Assembly (NCBI GenBank): GCA_049967655.1
Contig: JBMFSH010000014.1
Span: forward strand, 1-64,000
DNA from: Acidobacteriota bacterium
GTDB taxonomy: Bacteria; Acidobacteriota; UBA4820; DSQY01
Reading direction: 5' to 3'
Length of the DNA stretch: 64,000 nt
Of the stretch, positions 30,815-40,593 are shown in pieces. A program made the translations under genes and the position numbers. Each line of letters opens with the position of its first letter. Position 1 is the first letter of the stretch. The notes below the pieces were generated by a model that saw only the letters and a program-made list of their open reading frames with translations, was not told where the DNA came from and searched no databases.

Positions 30815-31807
30815 TCAGTCCTTGCCCCCGCCCCTGCCTATGGCGATCATGCGCTCGATGGGGAGGCGGGCCCTGTCGGCGATCTCGGGGGGCACCTTGA
30901 CCTCGTGGACGCCTGCCTCCAGGGAGTGCAAGAGCTTCTCGAGGGTGATCATCTTCATGAAGCGGCACTCCATCTCGTTGCTCACGGGAAAGTACTCCTT
31001 GCCCGGGCTTTCCTTGCGCATGCGGTGGAGGATGCCCGTTTCGGTGGCCACGACGAACTCCCGCTTGGGGGAGCACGCCACGTGGTTCACCATGCCCTCC
31101 GTGGAGGTGATGTAGGCATCCTCTTGCTTGAGGTCCTTGTCCTTCAAGTAGACCATGCACGAGGTGACGCAGCCGCACTCGGGGTGGATCAGGAAGTCGG
31201 CTCCGGGGTGGGCCTCCCTCGCCCGCTCCACGTCTTCGGGGCGCACCGCCGCGTGCACGTGGCACTCCCCCGCCCAGATGTGCAGGTTTTTGCGACCCGT
31301 GACGCGGGAGGCGTAGGCGCCGAGGAACATGTCGGGGCCGAAGAGGATGGGCTTCTCCTCGGGGATGGCGCGGATCACCTCCACGGCGTTTGAGGAGGTG
31401 CAGCAGTAGTCCGAAAGGGCCTTAACGGCGGCCGAGGTGTTCACGTAGGTCACCACCACGGCGTCGGGGTACTGGGCCTTCCAGGCGGCGAGCTGCTGGG
31501 CGCTGAGGGTGTCGGAGAGGGAGCACCCGGCCTCCAGATCGGGGATCAGGACCCTCTTGCCGGGGCACAGAATGCTCGCCGTCTCGGCCATGAAGTGGAC
31601 GCCGCAGAAGACGATGAGATGGGCCTTCGTCCGGGCGGCCTGGCGCGAAAGTCCGAGGGAGTCGCCCACGAAGTCGGCCACGTCCTGGACGGGTCCGATC
31701 TGGTAGTTGTGCGCCAGGATGACGGCGTTCTTCTCCCGGGCCAGCGCGCGGATGCGTCGGGCGAGGGCGGTGGTATCGGCCGCGGCCATGCTCATGAACA
31801 CCTCCAT
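30815..31807 (-). CDS. nadA: Quinolinate synthase
   Basis: ILAHNYQ, FCGVHFMAETA, AGCSL, YVNTSA, HPEC. Confidence 0.96.
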   Translation of the reverse strand: MEVFMSMAAADTTALARRIRALAREKNAVILAHNYQIGPVQDVADFVGDSLGLSRQAARTKAHLIVFCGVHFMAETASILCPGKRVLIPDLEAGCSLSDTLSAQQLAAWKAQYPDAVVVTYVNTSAAVKALSDYCCTSSNAVEVIRAIPEEKPILFGPDMFLGAYASRVTGRKNLHIWAGECHVHAAVRPEDVERAREAHPGADFLIHPECGCVTSCMVYLKDKDLKQEDAYITSTEGMVNHVACSPKREFVVATETGILHRMRKESPGKEYFPVSNEMECRFMKMITLEKLLHSLEAGVHEVKVPPEIADRARLPIERMIAIGRGGGKD

Positions 31808-31906
31808 CCCCTCCTGAGGTCTTGAGGTCCGCGCGGCTAATGGGTGCGACTTGCGCCGCCGGAGGGAGGCAGGATACCATAGGCGGCGTATTTCAGGGAG
31901 GCAGGC

Positions 31907-32488
31907 ATGATGACGTGGGCCAAGGTGGGATTGGGCTGCCTAGTGGTGCTGGTGGCGGCGTGCATCGTGTCCATCGCCCTCTTTTTCTTCGCGGGGAGGT
32001 GGGTCAAGAACCAGGTCAACCGGTTCACGGGCGGCGCAGCCCAGATGGCCGCAAACGTGAAAGCCCTCTCCGAGCTGGACCAGAAGTATCCCTTCACCCC
32101 TCCAGCGAACGGGGAGGTGAGCGAGGCGCGGCTTCAGGCCTACATCGCCGTGTGTGCCCAGGTGAAACCGGTCATGGAGCCCTATGCGGCTTGGCTCAAG
32201 GAGCACGAAGCCGCCAAGGGGAAGGAGAAGGGCGGCTGGCAGGACGTGAAGAAGGCCATGGCCCTGAGCGCCGAGATCACCGCGGCCATGCGCAAGGCCC
32301 TGGAGGCCGAGCACATGGGGCCGGCCGAGTTCCACTGGATCCAAGACGCCATGAAGCAGGCGGTATCGGAGGGCGGCGGGACCGCGGGCGGGCAGGTCTC
32401 GCCCAACCGGGCGCTCTACGAGAAGTACTCCGACCAGCTCAAGGCCAACGACCTCCAGCAGTTCGGCGCCCTGCCCGAGGTGAAGTGA
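31907..32488 (+). CDS. Hypothetical membrane-anchored protein
   Basis: N-terminal TM helix, typical codon usage, SD. Confidence 0.75.
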   Translation: MMTWAKVGLGCLVVLVAACIVSIALFFFAGRWVKNQVNRFTGGAAQMAANVKALSELDQKYPFTPPANGEVSEARLQAYIAVCAQVKPVMEPYAAWLKEHEAAKGKEKGGWQDVKKAMALSAEITAAMRKALEAEHMGPAEFHWIQDAMKQAVSEGGGTAGGQVSPNRALYEKYSDQLKANDLQQFGALPEVK

Positions 32489-32512
32489 GGCCCGGCTGGA
32501 ATCGCGAACGGG

Positions 32513-32555
32513 AAAAACAGGCGGAGGGGCCGATGGGCCCCTCCGTCCGGTTTTT
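32513..32555. terminator. Bidirectional terminator
   Basis: AAAAA...GGAGGGGCC/GGCCCCTCC...TTTTT between convergent genes. Confidence 0.75.
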
Positions 32556-32571
32556 GCTGGCTTGAGGCCGC

Positions 32572-32841
32572 CTAGTTCTGCGAGAGAATGCCCAGGGCGC
32601 GGGCCAGGCGGGACTTGTACCGGGCGGCCGCGTTGGGGTGGATGACGCCCTTCTTCCTGGTCCTGTCGATGAGCGCGTAGACCTGGGGCAGGGCCTTGCG
32701 CGCGTCCTCGCCCTTCTTCTCGGCCACCAGGGCGCGGAACTTCTTGATGGCCGTCCGCATTTCGCCCATGGCCATGCGATTGCGAAGGCGCCGCTTTTCG
32801 TTCTGCTTCACTCGCTTCAGTGCTGATGCATGGTTCGCCAC
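32572..32841 (-). CDS. rpsT: 30S ribosomal protein S20
   Basis: MANHASALKR...KGVIHPNAAARYKSRL. Confidence 0.97.
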   Translation of the reverse strand: MANHASALKRVKQNEKRRLRNRMAMGEMRTAIKKFRALVAEKKGEDARKALPQVYALIDRTRKKGVIHPNAAARYKSRLARALGILSQN

Positions 32842-32877
32842 AACGATCCTCCAATCACACGTGCCACAAGAATTCGA

Positions 32878-32906
32878 ATCATACCCGTCTTCCGGTGGGC
32901 TGTCAA
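32878..32906 (-). promoter_or_regulatory. Sigma70 promoter of rpsT
   Basis: TTGACA-17 bp-TATGAT on the minus strand. Confidence 0.8.
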
Positions 32907-33027
32907 GTCGCAGGGAGTCGCAGGGAGCGAAGGCCCGTCAAAACGGGGCAAAACGGGGCCCGAGGGTCGCGCTCGCCGCGCCTGGGCGCTAAAATAACTG
33001 TGCGGCGCAAGCCGACAGGAGGCCGTC

Positions 33028-34611
33028 ATGGACGAGGCCCAGTGGCGCACGGCGCAGGGCATCCTCTTCGTGGACCAGTACGAGCTCACCATGGCCCAGC
33101 TCTACTTCCGCATGGGCCTGCAGGGGACCAAGGTCCGCTTCGACCACTTCTTCCGGCGTTACCCCGACTACGGCTCCCACCAGGCCGGCTACTGCATCAG
33201 CGCCGGGCTCGAGTGGCTGGTGGAGTGGATGGAGGGGGCCCGGTTCCGGCGGGAGGACCTGGAGCTCTTGAGGACCCAGCGCGGTTCCGAGGGCGGGCCC
33301 CTCTTCGGGGAGGATTTCCTGGACTGGCTCGGCCGGGAGGGATCCTTCGGGAGCCTCTCCCTCTGGGCCGTGCCGGAGGGGCGGGTGGTTCATCCCCGCA
33401 CGCCCCTGACCGTGGTGGAAGGCCCCCTGGCCCTGGCCCAGCTCCTCGAGACGAGCCTGCTCAACCACCTGAACTTCCAGACCCTCATTGCTACCAAAGC
33501 CTCGCGGGTGAAGGAGAGCGCGCGGGGAGGACTGCTGCTGGAGTTCGGCCTGAGGCGGGCGCACCACCGCGGCGCCAACGCCGCCACGCGGGCCGCGCTC
33601 ATCGGCGGGGCCGACTTCACCTCCAACGTGGGCATGTCCCACCTCCTGGGCCGCCCCCCCAAGGGAACCCACGCCCACAGCATGGTGCAGGCCTTCCTCG
33701 CCCTCGGCATGGGCGAGCTGGAGGCCTTCCGGGCTTTCGCCGAAGTCTATCCGGACGACTGCCTGCTGCTGGTGGATACCATCGACAGCCTGGAGAGCGG
33801 GGTGCCCAACGCCATCCGCGTGTTCGAGGAACTCCGGCGAAAGGGGCACCGGCCGGTGGGCATCCGGCTCGACTCGGGGGACCTGGCCTATCTGGCCATC
33901 CAGGCCTCGCTCATGCTGGACGCGGCGGGTTTCGGAGAGGCCCGCATCGTCCTCTCCAACGACCTGGACGAGCTGCTGATCTGGCAGGTGCTCACGCAGA
34001 TCGAGCAGGAGGCGTCCCGCTACGGAGTGGACGCCGACCGGCTCGTGGCGCGGCTCGTCTACGGCGTGGGGACGCGCCTCGTCACCTCCGAGGGACAGGC
34101 CGCCCTGGGCGGGGTCTACAAACTCGCCGCCGTGGAGCGAGAGGGCAAGCTCGTGCCCGTGCTCAAGATCTCCGATTCGCCCGAGAAGACCGCGGACCCA
34201 GGCTGCAAGAGGCTCTGGCGCCTCTACGACCGGCGAGGCTTTGCCACCGCCGACCTCGTGGCCCTGGAGCAGGAGCGGCCCGATCAGGCCGAGGCGATCG
34301 TGCTCCGCCATCCCTCCGACGGCAGCCGCGCGAGGAACGCCCGGAGGGAGGAGGTGAGTCAGGTGGAGCCGCTTCTGGTCCCCGTGCGAGGGGGCGGTCG
34401 CCGCCTCTGCGATTTCCCGCCATTGGACGAGCTGAGGGCGCGGCGCGGCGCGGATCTGGAGCGCCTCGATCCAGGGGTGCGCCGCCTCGTGAACCCCCAC
34501 GTCTACCACGTGTCGCTCAGCCAGCGGCTCTGGGAGTTGAAACAGGAACTGATCGAGCGGGAGGGCCGCGGGGCGGCCCGCCGGACAAGCCCGCCCGACG
34601 TTCCGTCGTAA
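33028..34611 (+). CDS. pncB: Nicotinate phosphoribosyltransferase
   Basis: [39 protein letters not shown]. Confidence 0.95.
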   Translation: MDEAQWRTAQGILFVDQYELTMAQLYFRMGLQGTKVRFDHFFRRYPDYGSHQAGYCISAGLEWLVEWMEGARFRREDLELLRTQRGSEGGPLFGEDFLDWLGREGSFGSLSLWAVPEGRVVHPRTPLTVVEGPLALAQLLETSLLNHLNFQTLIATKASRVKESARGGLLLEFGLRRAHHRGANAATRAALIGGADFTSNVGMSHLLGRPPKGTHAHSMVQAFLALGMGELEAFRAFAEVYPDDCLLLVDTIDSLESGVPNAIRVFEELRRKGHRPVGIRLDSGDLAYLAIQASLMLDAAGFGEARIVLSNDLDELLIWQVLTQIEQEASRYGVDADRLVARLVYGVGTRLVTSEGQAALGGVYKLAAVEREGKLVPVLKISDSPEKTADPGCKRLWRLYDRRGFATADLVALEQERPDQAEAIVLRHPSDGSRARNARREEVSQVEPLLVPVRGGGRRLCDFPPLDELRARRGADLERLDPGVRRLVNPHVYHVSLSQRLWELKQELIEREGRGAARRTSPPDVPS

Positions 34612-34724
34612 GCGCGGAGCGTGGAGGACAAGGCATGATCCAGCCAGCAATTCAGCCCCGATTTTCTCCACCCTCCACCCTCCACTTCCCACTCACTCAT
34701 CGTTCTATAGATAGGAGGTGCCTC

Positions 34725-35120
34725 ATGGAACCCTTCCGGTATCACGTCTACGTCTGCACCCAGCAGAAGCCACCGGGGCTGCCCGGCTGCGTGGCCAGCG
34801 GGAGCGAGTCCACGCTGGAAGCGCTTCGTCGGGAGGTGGCGGCGGCGGGTCTGGACGACGAGGTCCAGGTGACCACGTGCGGCTCCGTTGGCCTCTGTGA
34901 GCGCGGCCCCAACATGGTGGTCTATCCCGAGGGAGTTTGGTACTCCGGCGTGAGCGCCGCCGACGTCCCGGAGATCGTCCGGGAGCACTTCCGGAACGGG
35001 CGCCCCGTGGCGCGCCTCATGAACACGGACGCCGCCAAACTCAAGGCCGAAATCATCGAGAACCGGAACAAGGCGCGGGCCTTCATGAAGGCGCAAGCGG
35101 AGGCTAAGGCCAAGGGTTAG
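34725..35120 (+). CDS. Thioredoxin-like [2Fe-2S] ferredoxin
   Basis: HVYVC...GC...CGSVGLCERGPNMVVYPEGVWY. Confidence 0.9.
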   Translation: MEPFRYHVYVCTQQKPPGLPGCVASGSESTLEALRREVAAAGLDDEVQVTTCGSVGLCERGPNMVVYPEGVWYSGVSAADVPEIVREHFRNGRPVARLMNTDAAKLKAEIIENRNKARAFMKAQAEAKAKG

Positions 35121-35161
35121 GACCGGCACCGTTCCGGCGGGCGCGGAGCCTCCTGTGCGGA

Positions 35162-35512
35162 CTACGGAAGGGCCGGCATGACCAGGCGGAGCAGGAGGGC
35201 GAAGCCCAGTGTGAAGGCGTGGGCGGCCCCGGCCGCGCCGCGAGGGCCGAGTATCCGCCGATCCAGGAGGAAGAGCCGGGCGTAGCTCGCGGGCATGACG
35301 GCCATGCCCGCGAGGGCCAGCTCCATGAAGTTGCCCCGGTGGTGGGTTCCCACGCGGGCGGCGTACAGCCCCAGCCAAAACAGGACGGGATAGAGAGAGG
35401 CCCCCCAGTCCCACCAAAAAAAGGCCCCGCGCCTTCTGAGGCCGGCCCAGGCGGGAAGCGAAAAGAAGGTGGCGAAGGCCACCAGCGTCGCGATGGCGGT
35501 GAACACTCGCAT
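35162..35512 (-). CDS. Hypothetical membrane protein
   Basis: Four hydrophobic segments. Confidence 0.6.
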   Translation of the reverse strand: MRVFTAIATLVAFATFFSLPAWAGLRRRGAFFWWDWGASLYPVLFWLGLYAARVGTHHRGNFMELALAGMAVMPASYARLFLLDRRILGPRGAAGAAHAFTLGFALLLRLVMPALP

Positions 35513-35575
35513 CGGCAGCCATCATGCCACACGGGCGCCGGGCGCGCGAGGGATTAGCCCGGTGACATGTGCGGG

Positions 35576-36184
35576 CTAGCCGTCGTTCATCTGCCAGAGG
35601 TACCAGCAGGCGTAGCTCCGCCAGGGCCGCCAGGGCTCGCCGAGAGGTTCCGCCTCGCGGGCGGTGGGGACTGCCGAAAGTTCGAGGACGGAGGCCAGGG
35701 ACTTGCGCAGGGCCAGGTCCCCCACGGGCCAGACGTCCGGGCGCCGCATGGCGAATATGAGGACCATATGGGCGGTCCAGGGGCCGATGCCCCGGACCTG
35801 CGACAGGGTCTCGACCACCTCCTCGTCCTCCATCCCATCGAGGGCATCGAGCCGCAGCCTCCCGTCCGCCAAGCGTCCGCACAGGTCGCGCACGCAGGCG
35901 ATCTTGGCCCTCGAAAGGCCCGCGCCCGAGAGGGCGGCGTCGGAGAGCTTCAGGAGGCGGGTGGGATCGGGAAACCGCCGGGGGGCCAGGGCCCGGAAGC
36001 GCTCGAAGATGACCCGCGCCACGCGCCCCGAGAGCTGCTGGGCGATGACGGCCTCCAGCAGGTTGTGGAGGAGGTCCTCGCAGGAGTACTCGTGGAAGCG
36101 GGGCGGGCCTATCCGCCCGATGAGGACCCCCATCCTCCGATCCCGCCTCAGGTGCGCGAGGGCCTTTCGGTCTTGTGCGTCCAT
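35576..36184 (-). CDS. DNA-3-methyladenine glycosylase II (AlkA-like, HhH-GPD)
   Basis: IAQQLS, GLSRAK, RGIGPWTA, PVGD, WRPWRSYA. Confidence 0.92.
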   Translation of the reverse strand: MDAQDRKALAHLRRDRRMGVLIGRIGPPRFHEYSCEDLLHNLLEAVIAQQLSGRVARVIFERFRALAPRRFPDPTRLLKLSDAALSGAGLSRAKIACVRDLCGRLADGRLRLDALDGMEDEEVVETLSQVRGIGPWTAHMVLIFAMRRPDVWPVGDLALRKSLASVLELSAVPTAREAEPLGEPWRPWRSYACWYLWQMNDG

Positions 36185-36248
36185 GGAGCCTCCCGGAGGG
36201 AGAAGGTAACACGGCCGGGCCGGTGCGGCCATGGCATCGCGCCGATCC

Positions 36249-36304
36249 TTGCCCTTCGCCCGAAATCGGCATACAATGTCCATAGATGCGACTGACTGCG
36301 CATC
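36249..36304 (+). promoter_or_regulatory. Putative promoter plus palindromic operator of the Ehr operon
   Basis: TTGCCC-17 bp-TACAAT, then GATGCG-N8-CGCATC (36285-36304). Confidence 0.5.
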
Positions 36305-36315
36305 AATGAGACCTT

Positions 36316-36990
36316 ATGAACCTTAGTGTCAAGGACGTCGGCAAGCTCTTGGGCATTTCGGAAAAGACCGTCTACCGCTGGATCAAGCAGGGGACGATTC
36401 CCGCCTACCGAATCCAGGACCAGTACCGCTTCAATCGGGCCGAGATCCTGGAGTGGGCCACGGCGCGGCGGTTGGCCCTTTCCCCGAAGATCTTCGACGA
36501 GCCGGAAGCGGAAGGAGGGGCCGCGGCAGGACTGGCCGAAGCCCTGAAGTCGGGCGGCATCCACTATCGGCTGCGCGGTGCCGAGAAGGCTGCCCTGTTG
36601 CGGGCGGTGGTGGACCTCCTCCCGCTGCCCGAGGGGACGGATCGGGCCCTCGTGGCGGAAATGCTCCTGGCCAGGGAGAATCTGGGCTCCACCGCGGTGG
36701 GCCAGGGGGTCGCCATCCCCCACCCGCGCTTCCCCGTGATCCTGCCTCCCTCGCCGGATACTCTCTCGCTCTGCTTCCTCGACCAGGCCGTGGACTTCGG
36801 TGCCCTGGACGGGCAGCCGGTCCGCACCCTCTTCGTCCTCATCAGCTCCACCGTCAGGAGCCACCTCAGGCTCCTCTCGCGCCTCGCCTTCGCACTCCAG
36901 GACGAGGCGCTGAAGGAGCTTCTCGCCGCGCAGGCGGACCGGGAGGCCCTCTTCGCGGCATTCGCGGCCGTGGACGCGCGGGCCGCTTAG
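36316..36990 (+). CDS. Excisionase-like HTH fused to a PTS EIIA (Ntr/Fru-type) domain
   Basis: LSVKDVGKLLGISEKTVYRW...YRF; RENLGSTAVGQGVAIPHPR (phospho-His). Confidence 0.9.
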   Translation: MNLSVKDVGKLLGISEKTVYRWIKQGTIPAYRIQDQYRFNRAEILEWATARRLALSPKIFDEPEAEGGAAAGLAEALKSGGIHYRLRGAEKAALLRAVVDLLPLPEGTDRALVAEMLLARENLGSTAVGQGVAIPHPRFPVILPPSPDTLSLCFLDQAVDFGALDGQPVRTLFVLISSTVRSHLRLLSRLAFALQDEALKELLAAQADREALFAAFAAVDARAA

Positions 36991-37013
36991 CGGAACGGGG
37001 CGGACGAGTGACC

Positions 37014-38993
37014 ATGAGCGGGCCGCTGATCTCACTGGGTATCCTCGTGGTGGGAGCCGTCCTGTCGGCCCTCTGCGGGCGGCGCCCGCTCGCGGCGGCG
37101 CGGGTCGCGCTCGTGTCGGTCAGCTTGGCGGCGGCCGCCGGCACGCCGGCGGCCCTGAGGGTTCTCGTCACGGGACGGGCCGTGGGGTGGCGGGCCCCGT
37201 GGTCCCTGCCCTGGGGTTCGCTGAGCCTGGCCCTGGATCCCCTGTCGGCCTTCTTCATCGCCTTCATCCTGCTGCTGGCCGTGCCGTTTGCCTTCTACGG
37301 CCGGGGCTATCTGGCCCGCCACCGAGGCTCTTCATGGCAGAGCCTGTCTTGGTCGCTGTTTCAGATTCTCGTGGCCAGCATGGTCCTGGTGGTCACGGCG
37401 GCGGACGGCCTGCTGCTGCTCATGGCCTGGGAGGCCATGTCGGTGGCCTCGCTCCTTCTGGTCATCCACGATCATGAGGAGGAGGGGGTTCTCAAGGACG
37501 GCCTCGTCTACGCCGTGGCCGCGCACCTCGGCGTGGCGGCCCTGCTGGGCCTCTTTGCCCTCTGGGGGAGTTGGGCGGGTTCTCTGAGGTTCGCCGACCT
37601 GTCCGCGGTACCCCTGGGCCGCGGAGCGTCCTGGACCCTCTTCCTGCTGGCCGTGGCCGGCTTCGGCAGCAAGGCCGGCCTGGCGCCCTTTCACGTCTGG
37701 CTCCCGAAAGCGCACCCGGCGGCGCCCAGCCACGTCTCGGCCCTCATGTCCGGCGTCATGATCAAGATGGGGATTTACGGCATCCTCCGGATCCTGCTCC
37801 TTCTGGGGGGCTGGCGGCCGGGGTGGGGGTACCTCCTGCTCGCCATGGGCGGCTCCTCGGCCCTGCTGGGCGTCCTCTACGCCCTGGGGCAGCACGACCT
37901 CAAGCGCCTCCTCGCGTACCACAGCGTGGAGAACGTGGGCATCATCACCATCGGGATCGGGGCGGGGGTACTGGCCCGGACGGCGGGTATGGAGCTCGCC
38001 TCCCTCCTCGCTTTCATGGGCGCCCTGCTGCATGTGCTGAACCACGGGCTCTTCAAGGGCCTGCTCTTCTGCGGCGGCGGTGCCGCGGCGCAGGCCTCGG
38101 GGACGCGGGAGATGGACGCGCTGGGCGGCCTGCTGAAGCGCATGCCCTGGACCGGGACCGGCTTCCTGGTCGGATCCATGGCCATCTGCGCCCTTCCGCC
38201 GCTCAACGGCTTCGCCAGCGAATTCCTGATCTACAGCGGGTTGCTCTCGGGAGCGCTCTCCGGCCGTGCGGCGCCGTCGCTGGTCCTCTTCTTCTCGGTG
38301 CCCGTTCTCGCCCTCGCGGGGGGCCTCGCCCTGGCCTGTTTCACCAAGGCCTTCGGGGTGGTCTTTCTGGGCGAACCCCGCAGCGCGCCCGCGCGGGACG
38401 CCAGAGAGGCGAATCCCTGGATGATCGCGCCCATGATGGTCCTCGCCCTGGCCTGCATCGCCATTGGGCTCCTGGCGCCATTCGTGGTCTCCCTGATCTC
38501 AGAACCCGCCTCGGCCCTGGCCGGTGGTGCGGCCGCGGCCGGCGGGGAGGGTGCGGCCACGATCCTGGCCAAGGTGGCCCTGGCGGGCTGGGCCCTGCTC
38601 CTGCTCGCTGTGATTCTGTTGGCGTTCCGGTGGCTTCTCCTGAGAGGGCGGACGGTCTGCAAGGCGCCCACGTGGGGCTGCGGCTTCTCGGCTCCCACGG
38701 CGCGAATGCAGTACACCGCCTCCTCCTTCGCCGAGCCGCTCCTGGGGCCCCTGCGGGGAGTGCTTCGCCCGCGGGTCCACCTCATCGAGCCGAGGGGACT
38801 TTTCCCGGAGGGCGGCTCCTTTTCGAGCCACCTGGAAGACTGGGCGGACAAGATCCTCTACGAGCCGTTGTTCGGAGGCGCTGCGGCTCTGGCCGGCCGG
38901 GTCCGGCCCCTCCAGCAGGGGCGGCTGCAGCTGTACCTCCTCTACACGCTCCTCACCCTGATCGCGCTGCTCCTCTGGCGGGTGCTGGCGTGA
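37014..38993 (+). CDS. hyfB: HyfB-like proton-translocating antiporter subunit
   Basis: AWEAMS, KAGLAPFHVWLPKAHPAAPS, LKRLLAYHSVEN, NHGLFK. Confidence 0.88.
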   Translation: MSGPLISLGILVVGAVLSALCGRRPLAAARVALVSVSLAAAAGTPAALRVLVTGRAVGWRAPWSLPWGSLSLALDPLSAFFIAFILLLAVPFAFYGRGYLARHRGSSWQSLSWSLFQILVASMVLVVTAADGLLLLMAWEAMSVASLLLVIHDHEEEGVLKDGLVYAVAAHLGVAALLGLFALWGSWAGSLRFADLSAVPLGRGASWTLFLLAVAGFGSKAGLAPFHVWLPKAHPAAPSHVSALMSGVMIKMGIYGILRILLLLGGWRPGWGYLLLAMGGSSALLGVLYALGQHDLKRLLAYHSVENVGIITIGIGAGVLARTAGMELASLLAFMGALLHVLNHGLFKGLLFCGGGAAAQASGTREMDALGGLLKRMPWTGTGFLVGSMAICALPPLNGFASEFLIYSGLLSGALSGRAAPSLVLFFSVPVLALAGGLALACFTKAFGVVFLGEPRSAPARDAREANPWMIAPMMVLALACIAIGLLAPFVVSLISEPASALAGGAAAAGGEGAATILAKVALAGWALLLLAVILLAFRWLLLRGRTVCKAPTWGCGFSAPTARMQYTASSFAEPLLGPLRGVLRPRVHLIEPRGLFPEGGSFSSHLEDWADKILYEPLFGGAAALAGRVRPLQQGRLQLYLLYTLLTLIALLLWRVLA

Positions 38994-39919
38994 GCCCCCC
39001 CGTCGTCGTGCGCCTGCTGGCGCCCCTTTCGGCCCTCGCGCTGGCCCCCCTCCTGCTCGGGCTCATCGGAAGGGTCAAGGCCCTCATGGGGGCGCGCTGC
39101 GGCGCGCCGCTCCTCCAGCCCTACCGCGACCTGGCGCGACTCCTGGGAAAGGGGGAGGTCCTCGGCGCCACCGCGACCCTCCTCTTCCGCTTGGGGCCGG
39201 TCGCGACGCTGGCCTCCACGGCCGCGGCTCTCTTCCTCCTGCCGGCGGGTCCTCTTCCGCCCGTGCTCTCCTTCCCCGGGGACCTCCTGCTCCTCGCCTA
39301 CCTCCTGGCGCTGGGGCGCTTCGGCATCATGGCCGCGGCCATGGATACGGGGTCGGCCTTCGAAGGGATGGGTGCCAGCCGCGAGGCGGCCTTCTCCGCC
39401 CTTTCGGAACCCGCCCTCTTCCTAGCTCTAGGCGGCCTGGCGTGGGCGCGGCACGACCTTTCCCTGGGAGCGCTCCTGGGAGGCGGGACGGCGGCCAGCC
39501 TGGCGCGGCAGGCGCCGGCGCTCGGCCTCTTTACGGCGGCCCTTTTCCTTCTCCTGCTCGCGGAGAACAGCCGGATTCCCGTGGACGATCCGGCCACCCA
39601 CCTGGAACTCACCATGATCCACGAGGTGATGGTGCTGGACCATTCGGGTCCCACCTTCGCGGCCGTCCTCTACGGCGCCTCCCTCAAGCTCTGGGTCTTC
39701 GCCTCCCTTCTGGTGTCGGTCTGGATCCCCGTGGGCCTTCCCGCGTGGGCCTCCGCGGGTCTGTACGCCGCCGGCATGGCGCTCGTGGCGGTGAGCGTGG
39801 GGCTCGTCGAGAGCCTTACGGCGCGCCTCAAGCTGGCCAAGGTGCCCCGCTTCCTGGCCCTCGCCGGCGTCCTGGCCGGCCTCGGCTGCCTGGTCCTCTT
39901 CGCGGGAGGGCGCCCGTGA
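38990..39919 (+). CDS. hyfC: HyfC/NuoH-like membrane subunit
   Basis: LQPYRDL, GMGASRE, RIPVDDPATHLELTMIHE. Confidence 0.88.
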   Translation: MSPPVVVRLLAPLSALALAPLLLGLIGRVKALMGARCGAPLLQPYRDLARLLGKGEVLGATATLLFRLGPVATLASTAAALFLLPAGPLPPVLSFPGDLLLLAYLLALGRFGIMAAAMDTGSAFEGMGASREAAFSALSEPALFLALGGLAWARHDLSLGALLGGGTAASLARQAPALGLFTAALFLLLLAENSRIPVDDPATHLELTMIHEVMVLDHSGPTFAAVLYGASLKLWVFASLLVSVWIPVGLPAWASAGLYAAGMALVAVSVGLVESLTARLKLAKVPRFLALAGVLAGLGCLVLFAGGRP

Positions 39920-40593
39920 GCGGATTCGCCCAGCTCCTCCTCGTGACGGTGCTCCTGCTGGACGTGAGCCTTGCCGCATCGAGCCGCCTGGCCGTCCTGA
40001 TCCGCGCCTTCGCGCTCCAGGCGGCGGCCGTCGCGGCCCTCGCCCTGGTCCTGGACGGCCCCGGCAACCCTCACGCGTGGGCCGTCGCCTCGGGCACGCT
40101 CCTGCTCAAGGGGCTCCTCATCCCCTACTTCCTCGGGCGTGCCTCGGAGCGGACCCACGCGGTGAAGGAGCTGGACCCGCTCGTTCCCTACGGAGTCAGC
40201 CTCCTCCTCGCCGCCGCGGGGGTGGCCCTCTCTTTCGCCCTGGCCTCGCGCCTTCCCGAAGCGGCTCAGCGGTCCGGGATCCTGCTCGGCGCGGCGGCCT
40301 TCGCCACCATGTTCACGGGCCTCCTGATCCTGGTCTCCAGGGGCACGGCGCTGGCCCAGGTGGCGGGCTACCTGGTTCTGGAAAACGGCATCTTCCTCTT
40401 CGGCCTGAGCATCCTGAGGCACATGCCGGTGTTGGTGGAGATGGGCATCCTCCTGGACGTCTTCGCGGGCACCTTCGTCATGGGGATCGTCGTCTACAAC
40501 ATCCACAGGACCTTCGACCACATCGACGTGAGGGTCCTCACGGCGCTCAAGGAGGGGGCGGAGCGGGAGGATGGGATGGAGGAGGGGGCATGA
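39916..40593 (+). CDS. hyfE: HyfE-like membrane subunit
   Basis: LKGLLIP, GYLVLENGI, VEMGILLD. Confidence 0.85.
   Translation: MSGFAQLLLVTVLLLDVSLAASSRLAVLIRAFALQAAAVAALALVLDGPGNPHAWAVASGTLLLKGLLIPYFLGRASERTHAVKELDPLVPYGVSLLLAAAGVALSFALASRLPEAAQRSGILLGAAAFATMFTGLLILVSRGTALAQVAGYLVLENGIFLFGLSILRHMPVLVEMGILLDVFAGTFVMGIVVYNIHRTFDHIDVRVLTALKEGAEREDGMEEGA

Noticed and set aside
32820..34724. N-terminal part of the 766-aa ORF
   Set aside because: Alternate frame over pncB; only the ferredoxin from 34725, which has its own SD, is credible.
36316..36990. Prophage excisionase
   Set aside because: The HTH is fused to an EIIA domain; there is no integrase or phage gene nearby.
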